Source: Candidatus Obscuribacteraceae bacterium (GTDB taxonomy: Bacteria > Cyanobacteriota > Vampirovibrionia > Obscuribacterales > Obscuribacteraceae). From it: 64,000 bases of DNA. The notes under the pieces were generated by a model that saw only the letters and a program-made list of their open reading frames with translations, did no database searches and had not been told where the DNA came from. The DNA is taken from NCBI GenBank assembly GCA_044226015.1, contig JBGAHS010000004.1:1-64000 (forward strand), in the 5' to 3' direction. A program made the translations under genes and the position numbers. This document shows positions 36,720 to 46,393 of the stretch, one piece after another (positions within the stretch are counted from its first letter, which is position 1; each line of letters begins with the position of its first letter).

Positions 36720-36998
36720 CTATTTGACGCGGTCTTTGAATTCTTTTCCTGCCTTGAACGCCGGCACTCTTTGTGCGGGGACGTGAATCTTTGGTCCACC
36801 CGGGTTCTGAGGATTGTTGTTTTCTCTTGCCTGTCTGTTTCGTGGTTCAAACGCTCCGAAACCAACCAGTGTAACTCGCTCGCCAGCGGCAACTTTTTCG
36901 ACAATCACTTCGGTGAGCACACCGATCATTTCTTCTACCGACTTCTTTGTATTGTTTGTTCTAGCCGCAATTTCTGCAGCCAAATCTGCTTTGTTCAC
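36720..36998 (-). CDS. hup: DNA-binding protein HU
   Basis: GTG start after GGAGGAG; NKADL...VTLVGFGAF...VPAFKAGKEFKDRV. Confidence 0.93.
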   Translation of the reverse strand: MNKADLAAEIAARTNNTKKSVEEMIGVLTEVIVEKVAAGERVTLVGFGAFEPRNRQARENNNPQNPGGPKIHVPAQRVPAFKAGKEFKDRVK

Positions 36999-37378
36999 TG
37001 AGACTCCTCCACTCGGCATACGAGCTAATTCACGTAACCCGCAAGGATACAGCACTCTGGGGCACAGGACAAGCCCAGAACTGATAAATTTCGCCGCTTA
37101 ACAAGCCGCAAATCGGGGTGCTTGCAAAGTGATATTGGGCGGGTTGCTAAGCGGGTCCGGCATAAGTTTCAAAAAAATCTTTGCAAAGATAATTAGCTCG
37201 CATCGACATCTTTGCAACTGGCTCGATGCACCACCCCGTTTGAAAAGTGGCGTTCAAAAGCCCTATTATTTTGGGGGTAGATCGATGATTTTGAACTGCG
37301 TAAAATTACGATATTTTCCCCTTGGATCGTGTGAGATCCCGAATTTTTTTGGGAACAAATACAGAGTAGCGGATTAGA

Positions 37379-37783
37379 GTGAGAGAAACGTTGACAGAGA
37401 CGGCTTCAGCAACAAAGCAGACTGACTCGAGACACGTGTCGTTTACTGCGGCAAATGCTGCAGAATCGAAGAAAGCAACATCTACTCTCGTTCTTGATGT
37501 GCAGACGGTGACACCACTTGCTGATTACTTTGTGATTACAGGCGGACAATCGTCTACCCAGGTCAGAGCTATTGCAGACGCGATAGTTGAAGAGTTGGGA
37601 AAACTCGGACTTCGAGCGAAGTCAATCGAGGGTAAGACAGAGGGTCGTTGGGTTCTACTGGATTTTGAGAACATCATAGTTCACATCCTCCAGGAGGACG
37701 AACGAAACAAATACAAGCTCGAACAATTCTGGAACCACGCCTTAATCGTGGACCGACAAGAATGGTACCGAGAAGCAGACTGA
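37379..37783 (+). CDS. rsfS: ribosome silencing factor (Iojap)
   Basis: ADYFVITGG.S.TQVRAIA, WVLLDF and YKLEQFW motifs. Confidence 0.95.
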   Translation: MRETLTETASATKQTDSRHVSFTAANAAESKKATSTLVLDVQTVTPLADYFVITGGQSSTQVRAIADAIVEELGKLGLRAKSIEGKTEGRWVLLDFENIIVHILQEDERNKYKLEQFWNHALIVDRQEWYREAD

Positions 37784-37842
37784 TAGAAACGGCCGACCAA
37801 GGAGACCAAAGGCAGTAATGCCTGTGTCATTAGGGGAACGAT

Positions 37843-38994
37843 ATGAGCTTCAGAACAAGACTTCAAACATTCGTCGAGAATCGCCAAAAGATTCAAATCT
37901 GGTACGGAATGGGATGCCATAACACGGTTACCGGGCGTGTTCTTAACGTTGATCACGACCACATTGACATGGAATCGTATTCCCATGAAAGCGATGGTCA
38001 GATCCACATTCGCCGAATTCTGGTGCCTCTGCATTTGATTCTGCACATCGACATCACAAGTGCCGAAGTTGAAGATTCTGATGAAGACATCACTGTCAGC
38101 TTTGACGCCGAAAAAAATAGTACGCCAGCGCTGGCAGTTGTAGACCTGCCGGAGCCACCCCGTGGATACGCGGTGAGAGTGCTTTCGCAATTGAATGCAT
38201 CATTCTCCAATCGGTTTTCCAGAATGTGTCCAGGACCAGGTGGAATTTACTTCGCTGTTGACGGCAGCGTATGGCATATCGATTCCGCTGGACAGATGAC
38301 TGAATATGCTCGCATTCGCGGCAACACAACAATTTCAGGTCTACGTTTCGACCGCAAGAGCGTTCTTTACGTAGCAACAATTCAGGGAACGGTTTACAAA
38401 ATCGACCCGAACAAGAGTGGCAGAGTTCTCGCCCAGCTCGATGGCAGCTTGACCGGCGGCGGCACTTTCCTCTCAGACCTGGTGCTCACACAGAGTGATG
38501 ACGTGGTTGTATCAAACTTCCCCTCCAACACTGGTGGCATCTTCAAGATTGACCGCGCAGGTGACTACGAAGTCGTGGTCGGCGGAGCAGGTCATGGAAC
38601 TCAGGGGCTACTCATCGACCAGGACGGTCATCTCTGGGGACTAGAGCACTCAACAGGCTCAGTGGTGAAACGAACACTCGAAGGTAGAGAGCTGGCTAGA
38701 GTGCAAGTGGCGGAACCGGAAGCCTTTAACTTCGCGGATGGATTTGATGGCAACCTCGCTATCGACAGCCTCGGACGCATCTATGTGACAGCTGGACGCT
38801 CGGGAATGGTTTATCGCGTCAATCGTGACGGCAAGGTAGATACTTTCCTCAGCGGATTGGTCAACCCGACCGGGGTTACCTTCAGCCAGGACGGAACACT
38901 CTTCGTACTCGAAGCAGGACGTTCCAGAGTACTGCGAATCATCGCCCTCGACAAAGCTGACAGAGCTGCTTCTGAAAAAAGCGCCCTGAGCTAA
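37843..38994 (+). CDS. N-terminal Sm/Hfq-like domain fused to an SMP-30/NHL-like beta-propeller
   Basis: Propeller blades (GLRFDRKSVLYV, NLAIDSLGRIYV, NPTGVTFSQDGTLFV); N-terminal ~70 aa helix plus beta pattern. Confidence 0.7.
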   Translation: MSFRTRLQTFVENRQKIQIWYGMGCHNTVTGRVLNVDHDHIDMESYSHESDGQIHIRRILVPLHLILHIDITSAEVEDSDEDITVSFDAEKNSTPALAVVDLPEPPRGYAVRVLSQLNASFSNRFSRMCPGPGGIYFAVDGSVWHIDSAGQMTEYARIRGNTTISGLRFDRKSVLYVATIQGTVYKIDPNKSGRVLAQLDGSLTGGGTFLSDLVLTQSDDVVVSNFPSNTGGIFKIDRAGDYEVVVGGAGHGTQGLLIDQDGHLWGLEHSTGSVVKRTLEGRELARVQVAEPEAFNFADGFDGNLAIDSLGRIYVTAGRSGMVYRVNRDGKVDTFLSGLVNPTGVTFSQDGTLFVLEAGRSRVLRIIALDKADRAASEKSALS

Positions 38995-39012
38995 GCGGGC
39001 AAAATGAAATTC

Positions 39013-39047
39013 GAGGGGCGGTGCGAAAGCATCGCCCTTTACTTTTG
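39013..39047 (+). terminator. intrinsic terminator
   Basis: GGGCGGTGC-gaaa-GCATCGCCC-TTT. Confidence 0.75.
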
Positions 39048-39295
39048 ATGATGATTTGATTCAGTGAATGAGCTTATCGAATTCTTCTGCAATGCATTTG
39101 GATTCTTTCGCTTTTTGCGAATCTCTCGATTCAACTTTGAGTGAGTCGATCTGGAAATTTGTCGCGCTTTCGCAGTACATTCATTCTAAATCGAATGATG
39201 CCTGCTAATGTCCCGTCTTGTGTGACACGTTTGGCTATAGCCCATCCATGTTCATCAGATGGGTCTGAATTAGGTCAGTCACTGTCTTCTCGTTT

Positions 39296-39745
39296 TCATG
39301 CGGGGTGCTTATCCAGCGCTTCTTTCAATCGGGAGAAAACAACTTTACCCCAGGCATATTCGAAGTACTTACGACCTTCCTGCCAATCCGCACCATCACC
39401 CCAGCCAGCCTGAATAAGCTTGAGCTTGCTACCCGTGCCTCTGGGCAGGAATTTGAGAATTACAATCGTTCTCTGCTCTCTTATTTCAGGCAGGTCTTCG
39501 GGAAAATTCCAGGTGAAACTGAGCATTTTTTCGTGCTCGACTGCCATTACTCTCTGTCCGTCTGCGCCTCGTTTTCCTGGCGGATTGTCTGGAAAGAAGA
39601 AGATTTCGAAGGGACCGTCCGGTTTGATTTCGATCTTGCAGGCGGGTGCAAGGAATGAGCGCAAGCCCTCTTCAGTTGTCCAGGCTTTCCAGACTTCAGG
39701 GACAGACGCATCCAGATCGATTTCCAGCTCTAGTGCTTCCATCAC
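39296..39745 (-). CDS. SRPBCC/AHSA1 domain protein
   Basis: DASVPEVWKAWTTEEGLRSF and LSFTW motifs. Confidence 0.88.
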   Translation of the reverse strand: MMEALELEIDLDASVPEVWKAWTTEEGLRSFLAPACKIEIKPDGPFEIFFFPDNPPGKRGADGQRVMAVEHEKMLSFTWNFPEDLPEIREQRTIVILKFLPRGTGSKLKLIQAGWGDGADWQEGRKYFEYAWGKVVFSRLKEALDKHPA

Positions 39746-39768
39746 GAACTCCTTTGCCAGGCACGAAA

Positions 39769-41673
39769 CTATTTGGTCGCTGCGAGAACCGATTCCTCTT
39801 TGTAGAGAGATTCAATCAATTCCTTGTATTTGTTTTTGAGCACATTGCGTTTTATCTTGAGTGTAGCCGTCAATTCGCCATTCTCAACAGATAGCTCTTG
39901 CGAAAGGATGGAGAAGTTGCGCACTCGCTCGTAGTCTGCAAGAACTGCACATTTCTTGTTGATTTCGCTCTTAAGATATTTGTTGAACTCAGTATGTCCG
40001 GTGAGTTCAGCGAAGTCTTTGTAGACCCAACCTTTTTCATTTGCAAATTCGCAGCTAGCCTGCTCGTCAAGCGTTAGCAAGGCTACTAGAGTCTTCTTCT
40101 TATCACCGAACACAATAGCTTGCGAAATCAGCGGAATGGTTTTGAGCACGTTTTCGATTTTTTGAGGAGCAATATTTTTTCCGGCGGAGTTAACGATGAT
40201 GTCTTTCTTGCGATCTGTAATTTTCAAATAACCGTCGCTATCAACTTCGCCAATATCACCAGTGCAGAACCATTCGTCGTTGAAGACTTCAGAAGTCATA
40301 TCTTCAGCCTTGTAATAGCCTTTGAATATGCTTGGTCCCTTAAAGCAGATTTCTCCATCTTCAGCGATTTTGATTTCAACGCATTTGATTTTAGGTCCAA
40401 CTGTTCCAAACTTATTTTTGTCCATGCGATTAACATTTGTCGGCGCAGCTGTTTCTGTGAGTCCATAGCCTTCCAAAACTGAGATGCCAACGACGTTGAA
40501 GAATTCAACTACTTCTCTGGTGGCTGGTGCTCCACCGGTGACAATTAGGCGAAGTTTAGGACCAATGCGCTCTCTCAGTTTGCTGAGAACCAGCTTTTCA
40601 GCTAGCCAGTATTTTGCTTTCAACAAGGAACCCACTTTTCTCGAAGAGTTCTTGTGATTTTGAACTTCTTTGCCAACTTCAAGCGCCCATTCGATCATTT
40701 TTCTGGCTCTGCCAGAAGCACCATCGATGCCCGCACGGACTTTGCTGTAAATCTTGTCGAGAATACGTGGGACGACGAGCATGGCAGTCGGCTGCGCTTC
40801 CCCCATGTTCTTTGCCACATGTTCAATGCCTTCGGCATAAGCACATGTGCATCCACTGTATATCCAGTAGTATTCTCCACAAATTCTTTCAAAAACGTGG
40901 GAGAGAGGTAGGAAGGATAAAAACGTGTCTTCACCACCAATTGGCAGTATTTCTGGCAGATCTTCCAGCACGCTGAGTATGTTGTCGTGTGTGAGCATCA
41001 CTCCTTTAGGAGTGCCCGTGGTGCCAGATGTGTAGATGATTGTGGCGAGCTTTTCTCTGCTGTGTTCATTGAGCCTGCTCTCTAACAGCTCTTCTTTCTT
41101 TTCGAGTGCACGTCCTAGCTCGAGGAGATGCTCTACTCCAATGAGCAAATCAGCGTCGACACCTAGCTCTGTAATCGACTTACCTTTTCCAGGTGCCGTC
41201 ATCAGAACGAGTTTCTCTACTTTTGGAATCTTTGCTTTGACAGAGAGTATTCGATTGAGCAATTGCTCGTTGTAAACGAAGACAACTTTCGCTTCGGAGT
41301 TGTTCAGAATGTGTTCAAGGTCCGAACTTGAGCTGGTTGGATATATCGGAACAGACACACCACCTGCGGTGATAATTGACATATCGGCTGCAACCCAGTG
41401 ATGCGAGGTCGGCGCCAGGATGGCGGCAGTTTCGCCTGACTGCAGGCCCAGGGACATGAGTCCATAAGCCATATCTCTGACCAGCATACTGAAGTCTTGC
41501 CAGTTCATATCACGATATGGTGCGCGATTCTCTTTGTAGCGCAACGCCGTTTTACTAGCTGATTGTGCAGCTCGTTCTTGCAGAAGATGGGCTAGAGACT
41601 GTGCCACGAATTGCTCCTTTGACGCTTGATGGTCTGTAGACCGTTCAATTGAAAGCGAATGTTCCAAGTTCAT
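39769..41673 (-). CDS. long-chain acyl-CoA/acyl-ACP synthetase (AMP-forming)
   Basis: IIYTSGTTGTPKG, GYGLTE, TGDIG, DRKKD and LTATLKIKR motifs. Confidence 0.93.
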   Translation of the reverse strand: MNLEHSLSIERSTDHQASKEQFVAQSLAHLLQERAAQSASKTALRYKENRAPYRDMNWQDFSMLVRDMAYGLMSLGLQSGETAAILAPTSHHWVAADMSIITAGGVSVPIYPTSSSSDLEHILNNSEAKVVFVYNEQLLNRILSVKAKIPKVEKLVLMTAPGKGKSITELGVDADLLIGVEHLLELGRALEKKEELLESRLNEHSREKLATIIYTSGTTGTPKGVMLTHDNILSVLEDLPEILPIGGEDTFLSFLPLSHVFERICGEYYWIYSGCTCAYAEGIEHVAKNMGEAQPTAMLVVPRILDKIYSKVRAGIDGASGRARKMIEWALEVGKEVQNHKNSSRKVGSLLKAKYWLAEKLVLSKLRERIGPKLRLIVTGGAPATREVVEFFNVVGISVLEGYGLTETAAPTNVNRMDKNKFGTVGPKIKCVEIKIAEDGEICFKGPSIFKGYYKAEDMTSEVFNDEWFCTGDIGEVDSDGYLKITDRKKDIIVNSAGKNIAPQKIENVLKTIPLISQAIVFGDKKKTLVALLTLDEQASCEFANEKGWVYKDFAELTGHTEFNKYLKSEINKKCAVLADYERVRNFSILSQELSVENGELTATLKIKRNVLKNKYKELIESLYKEESVLAATK

Positions 41674-41842
41674 TATATTCAGTTATCGAGAGGTCTCAAA
41701 TTGTCCCAATCTCATGAACAGTGCCAATAGCTGACAACTTCGAAAGGCTGGTCATTTCAAGCTCGTAAAGAGTTTTTTCATATTGAAACAAAGGCAATAG
41801 AATGTGCTTTTCTTAAGCAAGTTTTCTGAGCGTTCGTTAAGC

Positions 41843-42703
41843 CTATTTCCTGCGTGATTTGTCTAATTCATCAATCCAGTTTTTGATTTCATCAGCGACT
41901 TCGTCAACCTGAGGGTCAAACATGAGGTCATGCCAGGCGTCTGTCATGTGAACGTGCTTTTTGAAGGGTGCCGTCAGGCGCTTGAACAGGCGCTCATTTA
42001 CCTCATTGTTTACGACTTTTTCCTGTCCTGCGGTTATCATCAATATTGGAACATTCACGGACTTCAGATTTGCAAGTACGTGTTTTGATAACTTGAGTAA
42101 CTCAAAAAGCATATACCCAGGTACAGCTACTTTCTTGGAAGTGTCGTTGTCCAGCCAAGTTAGGACATTTTTGTCTCTCGTAACTATTTCAAATCCATAT
42201 GGCAATGCGACTTCTTTCTGAGGACTCAGAAGTGCAGAGAGAACTGATCTGATTTTGTACGGAAGTGAAAAAGTTTTTGGATGCCCGTCAAATCCTGGTG
42301 AAAATATTACGATGCCATCTGGCTCAACTAAAGCGCTGCTCGCCATAACAACGAGCCCGCCCATACTGTTTCCCATCAGATAAAACGGCAAAGTCGCATA
42401 CTTCTTTTTGATCGAATTTACCAGCTCAACCAGATCAGAAATCCAATCGCGGTATGAATGCAACCCTTTGTCAGAGCGTGATCCAAAACCTTTCTGATCG
42501 TATGCAATGACAAAAAAATGTCGAGAGGCTAACTCTTTTGCTGCTGCTTCAAACCATCCACTATGCGCTCCCAGCCCGTGCACAAGCAGTGCTACAGCGG
42601 ATGATTCGTCGACGTTTCCCCATGTGCGCACGCGGAATTTCTCTGCCTGAATACTAAATTCTTCGAACTTGCAAGATGGGTCTAGAACTAAACTTGGTAT
42701 CAT
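41843..42703 (-). CDS. alpha/beta hydrolase (lysophospholipase-like)
   Basis: VHGLGAH, DQKGFG, GNSMGG and WHDL motifs. Confidence 0.88.
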   Translation of the reverse strand: MIPSLVLDPSCKFEEFSIQAEKFRVRTWGNVDESSAVALLVHGLGAHSGWFEAAAKELASRHFFVIAYDQKGFGSRSDKGLHSYRDWISDLVELVNSIKKKYATLPFYLMGNSMGGLVVMASSALVEPDGIVIFSPGFDGHPKTFSLPYKIRSVLSALLSPQKEVALPYGFEIVTRDKNVLTWLDNDTSKKVAVPGYMLFELLKLSKHVLANLKSVNVPILMITAGQEKVVNNEVNERLFKRLTAPFKKHVHMTDAWHDLMFDPQVDEVADEIKNWIDELDKSRRK

Positions 42704-42724
42704 CGCTCTTCTCTGTGCTTCTAA

Positions 42725-44191
42725 CTAACGTTCTTTTACGACTGGCAATTCCCTTATCAATCTGCCCTTCCAATAGATCAACACTGATAGCTGGTGCTCA
42801 GCTCTGACGATATTCGGACAAGAAAAGTAAAGCACTCTTGTCTGTCCTGCTAGCATCGGATGGCTACTTCCTGCTGCAGAAACAGTCACGGTGCCCATCT
42901 TCTTCTTTGATGTTTTGTCATAAAAAGCGACTGTCAAAGAAAGATCAGCAATAGGGTCGCTGCCAATATTCTTTAGTTTAATTTCCCCTTCCGGAGTAAA
43001 GCTCCCCTTAGACAGCCAGATTCGCGAGGTCGCCAATGAAATAGGCGGATTGCCGGGCAGGCTATCAGGATTCTCAGTTGCCTTAATAGGTTCAGCTTCA
43101 GGGTTCAATTCTTTTTGTAGGGCTTTGATCATTTCTGCCACTCGCTCTATGCGGCTCTTGACGCTGAGTGATTCCTCAAGCTTGTTCTTCTTAGTCAGCT
43201 CAAGTTGCCAATCGACAAGCGCTGACTCAAGATTCTTCATCAAGTCGAGGTCCTTGGGCGAAAGATTGCTGGCTTCCTCCAGTGCTCTAACTGCGCCGGC
43301 ATAGTTAGCTAATTTCATATCGATTGACGCCAGCATTTGATAATTTTCGACGCTGTGCTCTTTATCTGCAAGCTCAGAAGCGGCTTCTTGTGCGCCCTGG
43401 TAGTCTTCGGTTTTAATTGAGAGGTCTATTAATTTGTGGCGCGCTTCAAGATTGTTTGGGTCAGCTTTGCAAACAAGTTTCAAATGTGTGTTAGCTTTTG
43501 CGCATTCGCCATTTTTTGTATAGAGATTTGCAAGTGCAATTCTGCTAGCTGGCTCATCGGCAAAGGTCAGGCTCTTTTCCAATAATTCTATGGCTTTGTT
43601 ATCGTTGCCTTCTTGTGTTTCTTCAATAGCCGCTTGTTGTCGGTATAGTTCTGCTAGCGTATGTGTTTGTTTGTCTGAGCGTGAGCCTTCCATGCTCGCA
43701 AGTGTTTCTAGATGCGAAATCGCTTGAGCGATTTCCCCCTTTTTTGCCTCATCGTCTGACCATTCTGTATAGATTGTTTTTCTTTCTTCTAGAAAATCGG
43801 TGCTTGGACAGAGAGGAATGGTCGAGTTCAGAAGCTTTTCTGCTTCACCAAAATCGAACCTTTGTCGGTAATACTTTGAGAAATTCAAAACAATGGGCGT
43901 AATTGTCTGGCAAGAAATTTTTTGCTTAATCGCCGTATCTAATGCAGTTCTTCCTTCTGCGAGTCTGTCAGTACTCAGGTAACATTGCGCCAACCAGGGA
44001 AGGTACATGCTGCTATCGGGCTGTTTTTGAGCCAGGTCTTCAAGAATAGGCAAGGCCGCCGCCGCGCGATTCGCTTTAATCAACGAAATCGCTTCTTCCA
44101 GAGGCGTTTGAGGAATATGTATGAAAAAAGCAAGAGGAGCCAACAAGAGCACGAGCAAGATCCAGAGCCACTTAGGAGGCTTTCGCTTCAC
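42725..44191 (-). CDS. membrane-anchored TPR protein
   Basis: N-terminal TM helix, multiple TPR-like helical repeats, C-terminal beta-rich domain. Confidence 0.8.
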   Translation of the reverse strand: MKRKPPKWLWILLVLLLAPLAFFIHIPQTPLEEAISLIKANRAAAALPILEDLAQKQPDSSMYLPWLAQCYLSTDRLAEGRTALDTAIKQKISCQTITPIVLNFSKYYRQRFDFGEAEKLLNSTIPLCPSTDFLEERKTIYTEWSDDEAKKGEIAQAISHLETLASMEGSRSDKQTHTLAELYRQQAAIEETQEGNDNKAIELLEKSLTFADEPASRIALANLYTKNGECAKANTHLKLVCKADPNNLEARHKLIDLSIKTEDYQGAQEAASELADKEHSVENYQMLASIDMKLANYAGAVRALEEASNLSPKDLDLMKNLESALVDWQLELTKKNKLEESLSVKSRIERVAEMIKALQKELNPEAEPIKATENPDSLPGNPPISLATSRIWLSKGSFTPEGEIKLKNIGSDPIADLSLTVAFYDKTSKKKMGTVTVSAAGSSHPMLAGQTRVLYFSCPNIVRAEHQLSVLIYWKGRLIRELPVVKER

Positions 44192-44388
44192 AGTAGCTGA
44201 CGAACTTGTATTCGATTCGTCGTGTAGGTTTCCGGCTATGACGACTCTCCCGCTCTCGTTTCTTGTATCTGTTTATTAAATCATGAACTTAGACTGCCAG
44301 GCGTTGCGCTGTTTCTGCGCTTACCGTGTGCATATAATTGCTAAGTGTTAGACTATCAGCAAGATATAGCGAAAGGGATGCCTGTCTA

Positions 44389-44856
44389 ATGGAAAGTGCT
44401 GAAACACCTCCTTGCAAGCACGAGTATGTCCGAATTTTTCAGCGAAAGCTGAAAGGGCTCGAACGACGATTAGTTTCGACTAAAGCTTACCTGCCGGTCG
44501 GTTTCAAAATGGCTGACTTCGGCCATTTGAGTGAAGGCAGCTTCTGTTTCTGCACAAAGTGTCGAGCCAGGCTCTTTCCCAAGCGCACAGCTGCGGAGAA
44601 AGCTCAAGCCCGACTCGCCAACCAGGCGAAAATGGCTGCCGCTGCAGAGGCAAGAGAAGCAGACTACGATTCTGATAGTTCTGTTGAAGACTTTGTTGAC
44701 AGTTTGCTGGCTGAAGACGCTGAAGAAGAGGATGATAAGAAAAATTCAGCTGCTTCAATATCTGTGGAAGAACTTGAAATTGTGCCTACAGAACTGGAAG
44801 AGCTAGCTGAAAGTGGGTCTGATCTTTCAGAAGAAGACGAGTCCGACGACGGTTAG
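44389..44856 (+). CDS. hypothetical protein with putative Zn site and acidic tail
   Basis: CKH...CFCTKC and a very acidic C-terminal ~65 aa. Confidence 0.7.
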   Translation: MESAETPPCKHEYVRIFQRKLKGLERRLVSTKAYLPVGFKMADFGHLSEGSFCFCTKCRARLFPKRTAAEKAQARLANQAKMAAAAEAREADYDSDSSVEDFVDSLLAEDAEEEDDKKNSAASISVEELEIVPTELEELAESGSDLSEEDESDDG

Positions 44857-44898
44857 TTCGCGCTATCTGCAACAATTGCATCTTGATGGGAGGATAAA

Positions 44899-45036
44899 AT
44901 GAATTCAGCAGGGTTACTTATGAAGCTCTTTCTAGCGCTGATTGCGTTTCCGCCATTTTATATAGTCGCAAAATATTTGCGTTGGTGCAGTAAACAAGAA
45001 CAAGATAAGATTGAACAGGACGAAGAAGAGTCCTAA
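44899..45036 (+). CDS. small single-pass membrane protein (45 aa)
   Basis: GGAGG RBS then MNSAGLLMKLFLALIAFPPFYIVAKYLRWCSKQEQDKIEQDEEES*; below the ORF-track cutoff. Confidence 0.65.
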   Translation: MNSAGLLMKLFLALIAFPPFYIVAKYLRWCSKQEQDKIEQDEEES

Positions 45037-45177
45037 TTTAGGCTCTTGCCTTCGTTTGCACCGCACATTTTCAGCAATTTGTGGGAAGATGAGTACAGGG
45101 GCTACGAATTTTACTATTTGACTTTACTTCCAGTTTGAGCACTTTTGTGTAGTCCTCGCCCGGCTGGTGACAATAAA

Positions 45178-45771
45178 ATGGCACGATACCTGGCAAGAAT
45201 TATCAGAGCTGTCGTCGTCTCCATTTTTGGGGTTGGCGGTGGCATTGGCATGCTCGCCTTTATTGCTCTGGTTGTCCTGCGGTCAGACCAGATAACAGCA
45301 ATAGAAATGGCAATTCAGTCAGCGATTGTCATCGGGCTGGCGTTTGGTTGCTTTATGGCACTTGTATTCCTTCTGACTGATTTGACCATGCGCTTGACAG
45401 TAGCCCACGGTCGTTATGAAGAAATTTGGGAACTTGAGCAAACCCGAACCATAGAGCTTAAAGGCAGTCTTCGAGATGTCAGACGCCTCTGTCGTGAGGC
45501 ACTGCTGGCGGTGCCAAATTTAAAGTCTGTGGCAGAGGAAAGCGACCAACCGGGGCTAACTGCATCAACGGGAAACAGCTGGCGTTCGGCTGGCGAACAA
45601 GTCGAAGTAAGCTTTGAACCAGTAGAGGAAAATCGCTGGATGATTAAATGCGAGAGTCACTGTACCCAAAAGAATATCGCATACGATTACGCGAAGAATT
45701 ACGAAAATGTGGAGAGCTGGTTACGCCGTCTTTCCAAGCTTCGAGAAGACCAGGAAAAAGCTCTTGGGTGA
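45178..45771 (+). CDS. membrane protein (two TM helices plus soluble domain)
   Basis: Two hydrophobic helices; C-terminal DYAKNYENVE. Confidence 0.75.
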   Translation: MARYLARIIRAVVVSIFGVGGGIGMLAFIALVVLRSDQITAIEMAIQSAIVIGLAFGCFMALVFLLTDLTMRLTVAHGRYEEIWELEQTRTIELKGSLRDVRRLCREALLAVPNLKSVAEESDQPGLTASTGNSWRSAGEQVEVSFEPVEENRWMIKCESHCTQKNIAYDYAKNYENVESWLRRLSKLREDQEKALG

Positions 45772-45827
45772 AATGTGACGATCAGCTGGCAAATTTGGTG
45801 GTTTAGTGATGCCACTGTATTTGATGC

Positions 45828-46208
45828 CTAAGTTTTTTTTCTCAGGTCTGGAACTAGTAGATTGAATGGAAGATTTGATTTCGTATTGGTGTGCAAAAAC
45901 ATATGCCTGTCGCCTTCTTTTCCCATGTACCGACAGACTACTGTTTCTCCTACAGTGAACGCTGTCGCAGAATTCAGCACACCTAACCATCCAGTGCTTG
46001 GAACGAACACCGAATAACTTTGTTGATCAACAGCAATGATTTTGCATTGAAACAGTGGAATGCTCTTCTTATTACTTTTTGAGGCGGACATGGGCGATAT
46101 GCTTGATGGAAGGCGCTCGTGCAATATCTCTTTAGCCTCTTCTTCGGAAAGACCGAGAATGCTTGCTAACTTAGCAATGCTGCTTTGCTTATCGAATTGC
46201 TCAGCCAT
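45828..46208 (-). CDS. hypothetical protein
   Basis: 126-aa ORF with GGGAG RBS; possible OB-like C-terminal half. Confidence 0.6.
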   Translation of the reverse strand: MAEQFDKQSSIAKLASILGLSEEEAKEILHERLPSSISPMSASKSNKKSIPLFQCKIIAVDQQSYSVFVPSTGWLGVLNSATAFTVGETVVCRYMGKEGDRHMFLHTNTKSNLPFNLLVPDLRKKT

Positions 46209-46393
46209 GAGTTTAACTCCCGTCTCTATAGATTATCGCAGTTTTGCCTTGCCTTTGTTCTAAATTACAGTCTGTTAGAAGAGCCTATTTTGCCTTCCCC
46301 TTTCGTATAACAAGAATTGCTTACTTGTAAACATCTAGGCAATCAAATAAAAATGTGAAAGACTTTTGTGCGGCTATTTTGGAGGTCTTTTGT

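Noticed and set aside
39050..39290. Possible gene remnant on the minus strand (…HGWAIAKRVTQDGTLAGIIRFR…)
   Set aside because: No start codon or RBS and only a short open stretch; not supportable without a homology search.
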